The notes under the pieces were generated by a model, which searched no databases, was not told the origin of the DNA, and saw only the letters and a program-made list of their open reading frames with translations. DNA of 64,000 bases, taken from assembly GCA_016928395.1 (NCBI GenBank), contig JAFGKV010000036.1, forward strand, positions 1-64,000, in the 5' to 3' direction. Shown here piece by piece: positions 19,293 through 28,998 of this stretch (its first letter is position 1; each line of letters starts with the position of its first letter). Position numbers and translations under genes: made by a program. This stretch comes from Candidatus Fermentibacterota bacterium (lineage in GTDB: Bacteria > JAFGKV01).

Positions 19293-19440
19293 AGTCTTCG
19301 GGAGACGGACGATGATGAGGGCTTGCCCGCTGCCACCGATCGGAACGCGCTCCTATGCCCTCAGGCCCCCGGAGACAGACCTTCTCCCAAAGGTGAAGGA
19401 TGATCTATGCGCTGTCAATGCCTCGGTGAGTGACGGTATC

Positions 19441-20808
19441 CTACTCCACATATCCGAGTCTCTTGAGCAATTGCACAGTTTCGGCATCAATCGTGGCCCC
19501 CTCGGCCTCGGACGCAGGCATGGGGGGGCGCACCAATCCGCGGTACCATGCGTGCACCTCATCCGTCAGTGCGGCCAAAGTATCGGGATACTCGGCAGCC
19601 CTGTTGACGGTCTCTCCCGGGTCGCCATCCAGATCGTAGAGCCTTATGTCACCATTGGGACGCTGCCAGAGCTTCCACCGGCCTCGACGCACCGCGAAAC
19701 CCTGAGTCTGGCTGAACACTGGACCCTGGGGGATCGTTCCACGGAATGCCCGCACGAGACTCGTTCCTTCAATCCCCGCCGGGGGGCGTATTCCGACAAG
19801 ATCAAGCACAGTCGGGACAATGTCGACATTGGACACGGGAGTTTCCACGAGCAGCCCTTGCGGCACCTTTCCCGGCCACCACAGAATCAGTGGACATCGA
19901 AGCAGCTCATCGTGCAGGCTCTGACCATGCCCCATCGAGCCGTGCTCCATAAACTCCTCCCCGTGATCCGATGCCACCACAACCAGAAGATCACGGGTTC
20001 TCTCTTCAGAGGCCAACACGTCCAGGAACGCGCAGATCTCATGGTCCAGATAGGCAATCCCCGCGTCGTACATGGCGACGATATTGCCGAATTCCGCCGG
20101 GCTCGGCCCTCCCCGGCGCACAAGCTCGTTCATCCATGGACGGGTCGGTTCCGGGAACTTCTCGAAACTGGGTGCGAACCTCCGTGCGAACTCGGCAGGA
20201 GGGTAGTAGGGATCATGCACGTCCATATAGTGGAGGTAACAGAACCACGGTGCATCGCCGAGTGACCGTATCCATTGGTGCGCCAACCGGTTCAGATTCT
20301 GAGCGGAGTCAAGTGTCCATCGATGCCGAAGCTGGTCGTCGAAGTGATCAAAGTGGGCTCTGATGCCACGAATCTGGTTGGCGACCACGGGATTGGCAGT
20401 AAATGCGCCGGTCGTGTAGCCGCGGCGATAGAGGTAGGCAGGCAGCAGGCCAATGCCCTCGCCCAACACCACCGCGTTCTGCATGCCGAAATCGGCCAGT
20501 TCGATCCGTGTCCACCGGAACGTCGATCCCGGATACCGCCCGCTGAGCAGCGAAGGCATCGACGTCATGGTGAACGGCGCCTGTGCGGTGGCCGTAGTGA
20601 AGGCGGTGCCTTCTGCCGCAAGGATATCAAGGCACGGGCTGGTTGGGTGCTGGTACCCTGCAAACCCCAGATGATCGGCGCGAAGCGCGTCGATTACGAT
20701 GAAGAGCACGTTGGGGCGCACCGGGGGTATCATCGTGCAGCCGCCCAAGATCACCCAAAGGAGGGCACTCACTCGAAGACCATATGCGCGGGCACGGTGT
20801 GCGGTCAA
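19441..20808 (-). CDS. Sulfatase/alkaline-phosphatase superfamily lipoprotein with Thr at the nucleophile position
   Basis: PNVLFIVIDALRADHL, QAPFTMTSMPSLLSG, HYMDVHDPY, SDHGEE, LYDL..DPGE; lipobox LGGC; ends LKRLGYVE; TTG start. Confidence 0.85.
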   Translation of the reverse strand: MTAHRARAYGLRVSALLWVILGGCTMIPPVRPNVLFIVIDALRADHLGFAGYQHPTSPCLDILAAEGTAFTTATAQAPFTMTSMPSLLSGRYPGSTFRWTRIELADFGMQNAVVLGEGIGLLPAYLYRRGYTTGAFTANPVVANQIRGIRAHFDHFDDQLRHRWTLDSAQNLNRLAHQWIRSLGDAPWFCYLHYMDVHDPYYPPAEFARRFAPSFEKFPEPTRPWMNELVRRGGPSPAEFGNIVAMYDAGIAYLDHEICAFLDVLASEERTRDLLVVVASDHGEEFMEHGSMGHGQSLHDELLRCPLILWWPGKVPQGLLVETPVSNVDIVPTVLDLVGIRPPAGIEGTSLVRAFRGTIPQGPVFSQTQGFAVRRGRWKLWQRPNGDIRLYDLDGDPGETVNRAAEYPDTLAALTDEVHAWYRGLVRPPMPASEAEGATIDAETVQLLKRLGYVE

Positions 20809-20965
20809 TGCTCAGACCTCAGGGTTCGGGAGCAGCTTCAAGTCTCATGGCCGGATGGATTCTGGTGTGTGCCACCCAACCATTCATAGTCGAGGCGGCG
20901 CACCCGCAGATCAGGGCCTTCAGAAATGACAACACCTGGGCAGCCGCCCAGCACAGATGTCGGTA

Positions 20966-22141
20966 TCAGAAGCTCCAGCGGTACACAACGTAGGGCTTGA
21001 GATCTACCTCCCCGCGGAACACGTTCAGGCCCGCCACATCCACCCGTACATTGGCCTTGGCGGGCCGTACTCGAAGTTCCATGGAGCCCCGCGGCCGGAT
21101 TTCCGCCGTGAACCGATGCTTCTGCGCGATGCTCCCTGACTGCACCCACCCTTTCAGGCCGGCCACCGACACGAGTCGGTAGTCTCCCTGTTCTTCGATA
21201 ACGATGACCGACGGCGATCCCTTGAGCATACCCACCGACGGCGCCGCAGGCGATGGGTACTGGAGCAAGGACACCCGCTCACCTACCACAGTGTGTTGCG
21301 GCGATTGGGCGGGAAAATCCATGGCGATGTCCGCCGACTTGGTCTCGTCGCATCGGAATTCGATGCGGGGGTAGAAGCTGCACGTGTCTACCGTCGCGTC
21401 GAACCGTGCGCCGGGCCATGGCGAGTAGGTCCGAGCCGCCGCGAGGGCTTCCTCCTCCCGGGCAAGAAACTCACGGCCTCGCTCGCCGTGCTCGCGCAGC
21501 CGATCCTGCACCGAGGGAAGCAACCGCATGTCGCTGCACAGAGTGATGATCTCTCGCAGAGGCGCCAGTCTCTCTGCCGCCGTTTCGCCACGGCGTGCCG
21601 CCCCGAACAAGGCCAGGCACAAGGCTTCCCGAAATTGCGAGCCGCCCGCGTCAAGGGCAGCGGCATCCCGCAACGCCTTTAGCCCACTCCCCCACTCCGC
21701 CCCGTGAAGCATCGCCTGTCCGACAGCCATGATCGACTCGGCTCGTTGTACCTGTAGCGACCATAGCTGGTGACGGTCTGCTCCGACCGCGTGGCCAGGT
21801 GGCGCGGCCGTGCCAATTAGTTCCAGAGCAAACGATGGAGCGGGCAAGTCCTCGACATAGGCGATCAGACGCTCCCACGCCTCGGTGTGGGTTGCCTCCA
21901 CATTCACCACCGAATGCCAGGCCGCGGCGGCTTCGCCGACGCGGCCGAGTGTATCAAGCGCCCGGGCGCGAGCGACGAGGCAGTCGAGACGCTCCGGTGC
22001 GGATTCCAGGCACTTCGCACTCTCTCGGAGGACGTCGTCCAGCCTGCCTTCGGCCAGCATTCCGTCCAGATTTCCGCTGCCGTGGCCGCACGCCGCCACG
22101 GCACACATCATGGCACAACCCATTACGCGTCGGTATCGCAT
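20966..22141 (-). CDS. TPR lipoprotein with a C-terminal SH3b-like segment
   Basis: Lipobox VAAC; TPR-like helices; [31 protein letters not shown] resembles bacterial SH3; GGAGG RBS inside the tdk 3' end. Confidence 0.6.
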   Translation of the reverse strand: MRYRRVMGCAMMCAVAACGHGSGNLDGMLAEGRLDDVLRESAKCLESAPERLDCLVARARALDTLGRVGEAAAAWHSVVNVEATHTEAWERLIAYVEDLPAPSFALELIGTAAPPGHAVGADRHQLWSLQVQRAESIMAVGQAMLHGAEWGSGLKALRDAAALDAGGSQFREALCLALFGAARRGETAAERLAPLREIITLCSDMRLLPSVQDRLREHGERGREFLAREEEALAAARTYSPWPGARFDATVDTCSFYPRIEFRCDETKSADIAMDFPAQSPQHTVVGERVSLLQYPSPAAPSVGMLKGSPSVIVIEEQGDYRLVSVAGLKGWVQSGSIAQKHRFTAEIRPRGSMELRVRPAKANVRVDVAGLNVFRGEVDLKPYVVYRWSF

Positions 22142-22728
22142 GATTCCTCCTGATACGGTGCCTCCCACGGGCGGAAGCACTTGCGGCATCTCGGCTCGTA
22201 CGCAGCCTCCGCGCCGACAAGCACACGTTCCCTGCTGGGCACCAGCCGTTGAGAGCGATTGGCCGGGGCCCCGCACCGTACGCACACGGCCATGGTCTTG
22301 GTGATGGACTCGGCTACCGCAAGAAGCTGAGGTATCGGTTCGAAGGGACGGCCGAGATAGTCTTGATCCAGCCCTGCGACCACGACCCGTAGCCCGCGAT
22401 TCGCCAGTTCTTCGCAGACCTCGACCAAGGAGAGATCGAAGAACTGGGCCTCGTCGATTCCCACAACCTGGGTATCCTGTTCCACCTGCGAGAGAATGTC
22501 GGCCGGCGTCACCACCGCAACACCCGCGACCCGGTTCTTGTCATGGGAGACAATGTGGTCCTCGGAATAACGGTCGTCGGTGGCGGGTTTGAACGCCTGT
22601 ACCTTCTGCCGTGCGATGACGGCACGCCTGAGACGCCTGATGAGTTCCTCGCTCTTGCCACTGAACATGCTGCCGCAGATCACCTCTATCCAGCCGCATT
22701 CCCTGGGGGGATGCACTCCATCAGGCAT
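22123..22728 (-). CDS. tdk: Thymidine kinase
   Basis: [26 protein letters not shown], Zn-binding CVRC...RCRKC. Confidence 0.96.
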   Translation of the reverse strand: MPDGVHPPRECGWIEVICGSMFSGKSEELIRRLRRAVIARQKVQAFKPATDDRYSEDHIVSHDKNRVAGVAVVTPADILSQVEQDTQVVGIDEAQFFDLSLVEVCEELANRGLRVVVAGLDQDYLGRPFEPIPQLLAVAESITKTMAVCVRCGAPANRSQRLVPSRERVLVGAEAAYEPRCRKCFRPWEAPYQEESCDTDA

Positions 22729-23263
22729 TGGCGTATACGCGCTCCCTCAGGACGCAGATGTCAGGCAGGTTCCGGTACTTCTCGCCGTAGTCGAGACCGT
22801 AGCCGACAACAAACTCATTGGGAATCTCTATCCCCACATAATCCAGATGCACTTCCAGCTTGCGCCGGGAGGGCTTATTCAGCAACGTGCATGTCGCCAG
22901 AGACCGTGGTTCCCTCACGTGCAGCAGGTCCTTCAAATAGGCCAACGTGAGCCCCGTGTCCACGATGTCCTCGACAATGATGACATCCATACCTTGGATG
23001 TTCTGCCCCAAATCGGAGTTGATCTTGACGATCCCCGTGGATTGCCGCGATGTGCCGTAACTGGAGATTGCCATGAAGTCCAGAGCAACCGGCAGTTCGA
23101 TGGCTCGAACCAGATCCGAGAGGAAGACGACTGCGCCCTTGAGTATGCCGACCAGGTACGGTTCCTTCCCCTGGTAATCTCTGGTGATCTCCTGCCCCAA
23201 CCGCCGTACCGCAGTCTGGATCTCCTCGGCACCGACCAAGACGCGATCAATGTCGTCCATCAT
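22721..23263 (-). CDS. hpt: Hypoxanthine phosphoribosyltransferase
   Basis: [42 protein letters not shown]. Confidence 0.96.
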   Translation of the reverse strand: MMDDIDRVLVGAEEIQTAVRRLGQEITRDYQGKEPYLVGILKGAVVFLSDLVRAIELPVALDFMAISSYGTSRQSTGIVKINSDLGQNIQGMDVIIVEDIVDTGLTLAYLKDLLHVREPRSLATCTLLNKPSRRKLEVHLDYVGIEIPNEFVVGYGLDYGEKYRNLPDICVLRERVYANA

Positions 23264-23265
23264 GA

Positions 23266-24222
23266 TCAGAGCCCTGGCTCGTCAGGCACGATGTGGGTTC
23301 CGACACCGGGTTCCAAGGCGGAGTCTACCAAGTCAGGGGAGGTAATGATCACCTCCTTACCACCGCCGGCGAGGAACCGAAGCGCCGCATCGATCTTGGG
23401 GCCCATACTTCCCGCAGGAAACTCCCGCGCAGCCAGGAGTTCCCTCGCCTCGCTGGCGGTCATGCGATCCAGCCCATACTGCGCGGGGGTGCCATAGCCC
23501 CGGCACACCTTGGGAACGGCGGTGATGATGATGATCCTGTCTGCCTTGATGCGAGTCGCCAGCACCTCGGAAGCCAAATCCTTGTCGATCACCGCCTCGG
23601 CTCCCTCAAGCCAGCCTCCCGGCAGGCCATACACCGGGCATCCGCCGCCGCCGACGGCGATGACGATGATACCTTCGCGCACCAGTGCTGCGATACTGCT
23701 GCTCTCGACCACATCGATGGGGCGGGGAGAGGCCACGACCCGGCGGTATCCTCTCCCGGCATCCTCCACGATGTTCCAGCCGTCATGATTCCGGCGCTCC
23801 TCGGCTTCTGCGGCGGTGTAGAAGGGGCCGATGGGCTTTGTCGGGTTCCTGAACGCAGGATCTCCCCTATCCACCAAAACCTGGGTCACCACGGTGACGA
23901 CTTCCCGCTGTACACCGAGTTTCTGTAGCATATTGTGGAGACACTGCTGGATCATGTAGCCCATCCCCCCCGCGGAATCGGCCACGCAGATGCCCAAAGG
24001 CATAGGCGGGACGACGCTGCGGGCCATTTCATTGCGAAGGAGGATATTGCCCACCACCGGACCGTTGCCGTGGGTTATCACGATCCTGTACCCCTTGCGC
24101 ACAAGCCGCGCGACGCCCAGCATGCTCTGTCTCGTCACGGCGAACTGCTCCCCGATGGTGCCCTTGCTTCCCACGGGGATGATGGAGTTGCCTCCCAGGG
24201 CAATAACGATGGTTTCGCTCAT
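23266..24222 (-). CDS. arcC: Carbamate kinase
   Basis: IALGGNS, THGNGPVVG, PTKPIGPFY, GYRRVVASP, AVIDKDLAS, GSMGPKI. Confidence 0.94.
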   Translation of the reverse strand: MSETIVIALGGNSIIPVGSKGTIGEQFAVTRQSMLGVARLVRKGYRIVITHGNGPVVGNILLRNEMARSVVPPMPLGICVADSAGGMGYMIQQCLHNMLQKLGVQREVVTVVTQVLVDRGDPAFRNPTKPIGPFYTAAEAEERRNHDGWNIVEDAGRGYRRVVASPRPIDVVESSSIAALVREGIIVIAVGGGGCPVYGLPGGWLEGAEAVIDKDLASEVLATRIKADRIIIITAVPKVCRGYGTPAQYGLDRMTASEARELLAAREFPAGSMGPKIDAALRFLAGGGKEVIITSPDLVDSALEPGVGTHIVPDEPGL

Positions 24223-24231
24223 GTACCCTGC

Positions 24232-25236
24232 CTACCTGGTATCGGTGGAGAGGCGGAATCGGACTATGCGGTCATTTCCGGTGTCCGCGACGAACACGGT
24301 GCCATCGAACTCCGCGATGCCGCAGGGGTCCATGAACTGCTTCTCCCCCACCCCCCGCTCGCCGAACGACTGATACTCCTTGCCGAAGCCGCTGAACTTG
24401 AACACTCTGCAGAGATCGCTGTCCACAATGTAGAGGAACCCGTCGCCGTCGATGTCGACATCCTGCGGCCGCTCGAACTTACCCAAAGTGAACAGATCGC
24501 CTCCGGAGGAGGGGTCAAGCAAGGGTTTCCACCCATACGCATCGACGGTCACCATCTGTACCTTGTAGTAGTTCTCCCCGCGCTGGCAGTACGCGAAATC
24601 CACCGATCTATCCCGCACGGCGCATATTCCGGAAGGATCTGCCACCGCGAACAGGCCAGTGCCTCCCGGAGTCAGATTCAGAGGGCCCCGCACCGTGCCG
24701 TCCTCGCGGATGAAAAGGATCTGATTCGCATTCCGCTCATCGCCGCCGCAGGTCACGAGGTAGTAGATGCCACCCTCGGACGGCACGTAAAAAGCCTCGA
24801 CCCCATTGAAACGCCACGTCGGATGATCGACGGCCTTGTACAAGGTATCAACTGCGGCCGACTCGATACGGTGGGCCGCGGCGAAGAGGTCGATCCGGAG
24901 CAGGAAGTTCTTCCCGGTGGCCACCAGAAGCCTGAGCTTGGCGTCCTCCGCCACAGCGACCGGCGAATCGATGGGGGCCGAATACCCAAGACTATTGCCT
25001 ACGAGATCCAGCATGGCGACCCGGTTGTTGCCCGTGTCGGCCACAAACACCAGAGTCTCACGGCCAATGAGCACGTCGTGGGGTCTCGAAAACCCCTCCC
25101 ACACGGGCCGAAGCTGCAGGTAGGTCGTATCATCCACCGCGGTAGACCCATCATCCAGGGTCGGCTCCGGGGGCGTGAACTTGGCGCCGCACGAGGCCAA
25201 CCCGAGGAGTATCGCACCACACACTACCCAGCGCAT
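24232..25236 (-). CDS. NHL-repeat beta-propeller lipoprotein
   Basis: Lipobox LASC; repeats FSRPHDV..VADTGNNRV, FERPQDV, FMDPCGI..VADTGNDRI. Confidence 0.8.
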   Translation of the reverse strand: MRWVVCGAILLGLASCGAKFTPPEPTLDDGSTAVDDTTYLQLRPVWEGFSRPHDVLIGRETLVFVADTGNNRVAMLDLVGNSLGYSAPIDSPVAVAEDAKLRLLVATGKNFLLRIDLFAAAHRIESAAVDTLYKAVDHPTWRFNGVEAFYVPSEGGIYYLVTCGGDERNANQILFIREDGTVRGPLNLTPGGTGLFAVADPSGICAVRDRSVDFAYCQRGENYYKVQMVTVDAYGWKPLLDPSSGGDLFTLGKFERPQDVDIDGDGFLYIVDSDLCRVFKFSGFGKEYQSFGERGVGEKQFMDPCGIAEFDGTVFVADTGNDRIVRFRLSTDTR

Positions 25237-26219
25237 CAGAATCGAACCTCCATCGAGAGCCTGCTGGCGGAACCCAAGTCACCCATGAAGGTGTAGGCGT
25301 AGTCCGCTCTGAGCTGCCCGGCAACGGGGAGAAACACCCCGGCGCCGAGCACCGATGACTCAGCATCCGAGTTCAGCCTCAGGCCTGCTCGGACGAAGAC
25401 CATTTCGTTCATCGCGTATTCGAGACCCACGCCGAGATTCTCCGCATTGTCGTTCGGATGATTGAGTTGGGCCGAGGCCGTCAGGCGATGGCGAGGAGTG
25501 TCGACGATCTCATCCGCGAAGCCCAGACGAAACTCGGTCGGCGGACTGAACGATTCGAAGCTGGTGAGCGCCTCTCCCGTGGCAAGATCATACCTGCCCG
25601 ACGGCGAGGCATCGCCGCCGAAGTTGCTCACCACCACCGCAAACCTGGTGTTCCCCCACCCGGTTCGGTAGTAGGTTCCCATGTCGAATGTCACGGCCCG
25701 CATGTGGAGAAGATCGAGAGATTCTTCTACGTAGCGGGCGGTGAGTCCGAAGGAAAACCGGTCGGTCATGCTCCTGGCCAAAGTGACCGCGATGGCGAGG
25801 TCGCCGTACCGCCAGTACTCGCCCGTCCCTTCGGGCTGAAGCTCGGTGGTGACGGGCGTCTCGGGGCAGGCGAGCTGGCTCAGGGAGATGCCGACCGCGT
25901 TGGCGCCAAAAGGAATGGCGACGCCCACGAAACGGTGGGAGAGATCAACCGGCCAGTCAGTGTAGGAGGCCACGGCTGCACGGCCCACCATCACAATTCC
26001 TGCCGGATTCCAGTACAATGCCGAGGCATCATCGGCAATGGCGGTGAAGGCCCCCCCGAAGCCCAGCGCCCTGGCGCCCACCCCGATCTTGAGAAACTGA
26101 AACCCGCTGATGCCGACCCGCTGGCCGCCCAAGACGGGGATCAAGTCTGCCCTAACCGGGTATACCGAGGCCACAATCAGGAACGCCGCGGACACGAGTG
26201 CGACCTTAGAACGCCACAT
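25236..26219 (-). CDS. PorV/PorQ family (UPF0164-like) outer-membrane beta-barrel
   Basis: FLKIGVGARALGFGGAFTAIADDASALYWNPAGI signature; C-terminal Phe (MEVRF). Confidence 0.88.
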   Translation of the reverse strand: MWRSKVALVSAAFLIVASVYPVRADLIPVLGGQRVGISGFQFLKIGVGARALGFGGAFTAIADDASALYWNPAGIVMVGRAAVASYTDWPVDLSHRFVGVAIPFGANAVGISLSQLACPETPVTTELQPEGTGEYWRYGDLAIAVTLARSMTDRFSFGLTARYVEESLDLLHMRAVTFDMGTYYRTGWGNTRFAVVVSNFGGDASPSGRYDLATGEALTSFESFSPPTEFRLGFADEIVDTPRHRLTASAQLNHPNDNAENLGVGLEYAMNEMVFVRAGLRLNSDAESSVLGAGVFLPVAGQLRADYAYTFMGDLGSASRLSMEVRF

Positions 26220-28998
26220 TGAAGCCTACCCTGATATTGCGCGGGCTCAGATACCGCGCCGGGTTGAAGGGGTACGGCTGCACGGGGTCCTGACGATCGG
26301 GATAGAGCGGATCATTCCACCCCGGTGGTGTCGGATCTCCAAGCTCGTAGGCGCGGCCGGTGACCGGGTTAATGATGTTTGAGTTCCGTCGGTCAAGGAT
26401 ATTGAGGATCTCCAGCTCCACGGACTGTTTCATGCCGCCGAAGCTGAAGTACTTGGTGAGGTTGAAATCGACCCAGTGCCAGTGTTGCCCCAGCCTGCTG
26501 TACGGTCGAGTGTAATCGCTCACGTAGTTGGGGCGGCCATCAGCCAGAGAGTCGCCGGTGGCGATATACGGGGTGTAGCGCTTGCCCGACTGCAAAAAGA
26601 GCCGAAGCGACGCGCTCCAGTCATCCGGTAGCGTCAGGCCGAAGAAGCCCGGCGCATCGCCCGCGGGCACATTGAAAAACAGATCCGCGGAAAGCTGCAG
26701 AGGCCGGTCCCACACCAGAGTTGTTTCCTTGATGGGTTTCTCGTCCAGTTGACCGCGTGCAACCAGATACGCGTCGTCACTGGAGGAGCTCTTGCCCGTG
26801 GCCAGAGAGTAGCTCCCCGAGAGTCGTCCGGTGAGATAGCGCCCCGCGCGCTTCTTGTACTCCAGCTCGAGGCCCCGGACCCGGGCATAGTCCAGATTCA
26901 CGTAGGTGATGAAACTCTTGCCCGAGAGTCGTCCCTCGCCCTTCACCGAGATCGTGGTGACATAGTCGAAGATATCCTTGTAGTACGCGGTGACGCTGAG
27001 CACATCATCCTGAGTGAACTTCTGGCGGACGCCCAGTTCGTATGCCACCGTGGTCTCAAGATCCAGGTTCGGGTTGCCGAACTTCTGGAATGTACTCTGG
27101 GCGCTGTTCGGCCCCAGTTTCGCGTAGATGAACTGAGGCTTGGGCCGCTTGTTGAAGTGGCCGTAAGAAAAGAAGAGCATCTGGTTGTCACTCACGGGGT
27201 GGCTGATGCCCACGCGAGGCGAGATCCTGCCCTTCCACCGTCGCCCGAAGAAACCGTAGGTATCCTTGTTGAACCTGTCGCGGGCCTCCTGAGGAATGGT
27301 AGCGATGGTCGTATCGTCGACCGCGCGCTCCACGAAGGCGCCGGGGAACCACCAATCGAAGCGGAGCCCCAAATTGGCCAGCATGCCAGAGAAGGTGATA
27401 TTGTCCTGCAGGTAGGCCGCGCCGAAGCTGGGGTGTACGGTGTAGATGTCGTTGTTGAGGCCCAGATCGCCGTACCACGGGGCGTAAATGTCCACCAGCT
27501 GCATCTCCTGCGCGGTGGCCTCTATGCCCGCCTTCACCTTGTGCCCACTGCCACGGTTGCTGGAAATCGAAGCCTTGGCGGTGTACTCCTCCACGTGATG
27601 GTCGTGCCAAGTGAACCCATTGCCAAAGTCGTAGAACCCGTCACCGGGGATCACCATGATCAGCGAGTCGCCGGTCATGTAGTACTCCAGGGGCAAGGTC
27701 ACGATATCCTGAGGCTCGGTATACTCCGTCCAGTGCTTTCCTGCCACGTCGGAACGCAAATGCGTGAAGAACCGGCTGAGCCGCACATCGTAGAAGGTAC
27801 TCTTGCCCAGCGTGTGAATCCACGTGAGCGCCGTCAGAACATTGTCGTGGGTAAAGGTATCGAAGTTGTCCAGGTTGTACTGGAACTCATAGGGGTAGCC
27901 CGGCCCCGGCGGCACATACTCAAGGTTCGTCTGCAGCGACTGGGTGTTCTGATTGATGCGAATGGAGCGGTTGTAGGAAGCGATGAGCTTGTGGGTCGGG
28001 TCGATCTGCCAGGTGGTCTTGAACAGCCCCGACCAGTCATTGTCCTGACGAGGCGCATATGTCGACCCGTGGAAGATGCTCGACCTGAGCTGATCCGCCG
28101 TGAACCCCGCGTAGGAATCGGTGACAAACAAATGACCGGAGAAGAACAGGCTGAACTTGCCGGGCGGGCGAATCCCGAGCGCAGGCAGGGCGTACCGCGT
28201 GAGGGGCTCGGCGCCCTGCAGTGTGAACTCGAACACATCTGTGTTGAAGTTCGACTTCGCCTCGCCATTGAATCCGAAGTGATCGAGCTTGTAGCCCAGC
28301 GAACCCCGGTATCGGGTTCCCCCTTCCTTCGTACTCACGTTGACCACGCCGCTCATGGCCTGCCCATACTCCGCATTGAAGCCCCCGGTGATGACCTCCA
28401 TCTCTTCGATGGCGCCCGCGGCGACCCGAAGCCCGAAGCCGGTGCCCGAGAGCGGATCCTGCACGTTCAAGCCGTCCAGCAGATAGGCCGCCTCGTAGGA
28501 GCGGCCGCCCCGGATATGGATTTCGTCGTTCTGGGCCACCACACCCGCTTGGGACGACACGATATCTTCAACGTTCTGCACGATGGAGCCGGCGATATCC
28601 TCCGCAGTGAAGGCTTTGCGGCTGGCGGTCTCCTCAATGTCGAACAACGGTTGCTCGCCCACAATGACAATCTCCTGACCCAGGGCAAGCACCGTGGGTT
28701 CCAGCCTGGCCGCCACCGGAGTCGCCGCATTGGCGCTCACCTTCACGCCGGTCATCCGGGTTACCTTGTAGCCGATCATGGTGATCTCCAGCGTGTAGTC
28801 GCCGGGATTGAGATCGGGTATGAGGAACGAGCCGTCCAGATCACTCACCGCCCCGCTGTAGGTGCCTTGCACCAGAATGTTGACTCCGGGGAGGGGATCG
28901 CCGGTTTCACTGTCTTCCACCGAGCCCCTGATGGACCCTGGCTGTGCCGCCGCGGCGACGGTGAGGCACCCGAGGAGAAACATCGTCGCTCTCATCAT
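26206..28998 (-). CDS. TonB-dependent receptor with N-terminal carboxypeptidase-regulatory-like domain
   Basis: GDPLPGVNI...MIGY; plug HIRGGRS..ITGGFNAEYGQAMSGVVN; GNPNL..ETTVAYELG; C-terminal GFNVAF; ATGA overlap with the upstream stop. Confidence 0.92.
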   Translation of the reverse strand: MMRATMFLLGCLTVAAAAQPGSIRGSVEDSETGDPLPGVNILVQGTYSGAVSDLDGSFLIPDLNPGDYTLEITMIGYKVTRMTGVKVSANAATPVAARLEPTVLALGQEIVIVGEQPLFDIEETASRKAFTAEDIAGSIVQNVEDIVSSQAGVVAQNDEIHIRGGRSYEAAYLLDGLNVQDPLSGTGFGLRVAAGAIEEMEVITGGFNAEYGQAMSGVVNVSTKEGGTRYRGSLGYKLDHFGFNGEAKSNFNTDVFEFTLQGAEPLTRYALPALGIRPPGKFSLFFSGHLFVTDSYAGFTADQLRSSIFHGSTYAPRQDNDWSGLFKTTWQIDPTHKLIASYNRSIRINQNTQSLQTNLEYVPPGPGYPYEFQYNLDNFDTFTHDNVLTALTWIHTLGKSTFYDVRLSRFFTHLRSDVAGKHWTEYTEPQDIVTLPLEYYMTGDSLIMVIPGDGFYDFGNGFTWHDHHVEEYTAKASISSNRGSGHKVKAGIEATAQEMQLVDIYAPWYGDLGLNNDIYTVHPSFGAAYLQDNITFSGMLANLGLRFDWWFPGAFVERAVDDTTIATIPQEARDRFNKDTYGFFGRRWKGRISPRVGISHPVSDNQMLFFSYGHFNKRPKPQFIYAKLGPNSAQSTFQKFGNPNLDLETTVAYELGVRQKFTQDDVLSVTAYYKDIFDYVTTISVKGEGRLSGKSFITYVNLDYARVRGLELEYKKRAGRYLTGRLSGSYSLATGKSSSSDDAYLVARGQLDEKPIKETTLVWDRPLQLSADLFFNVPAGDAPGFFGLTLPDDWSASLRLFLQSGKRYTPYIATGDSLADGRPNYVSDYTRPYSRLGQHWHWVDFNLTKYFSFGGMKQSVELEILNILDRRNSNIINPVTGRAYELGDPTPPGWNDPLYPDRQDPVQPYPFNPARYLSPRNIRVGFNVAF

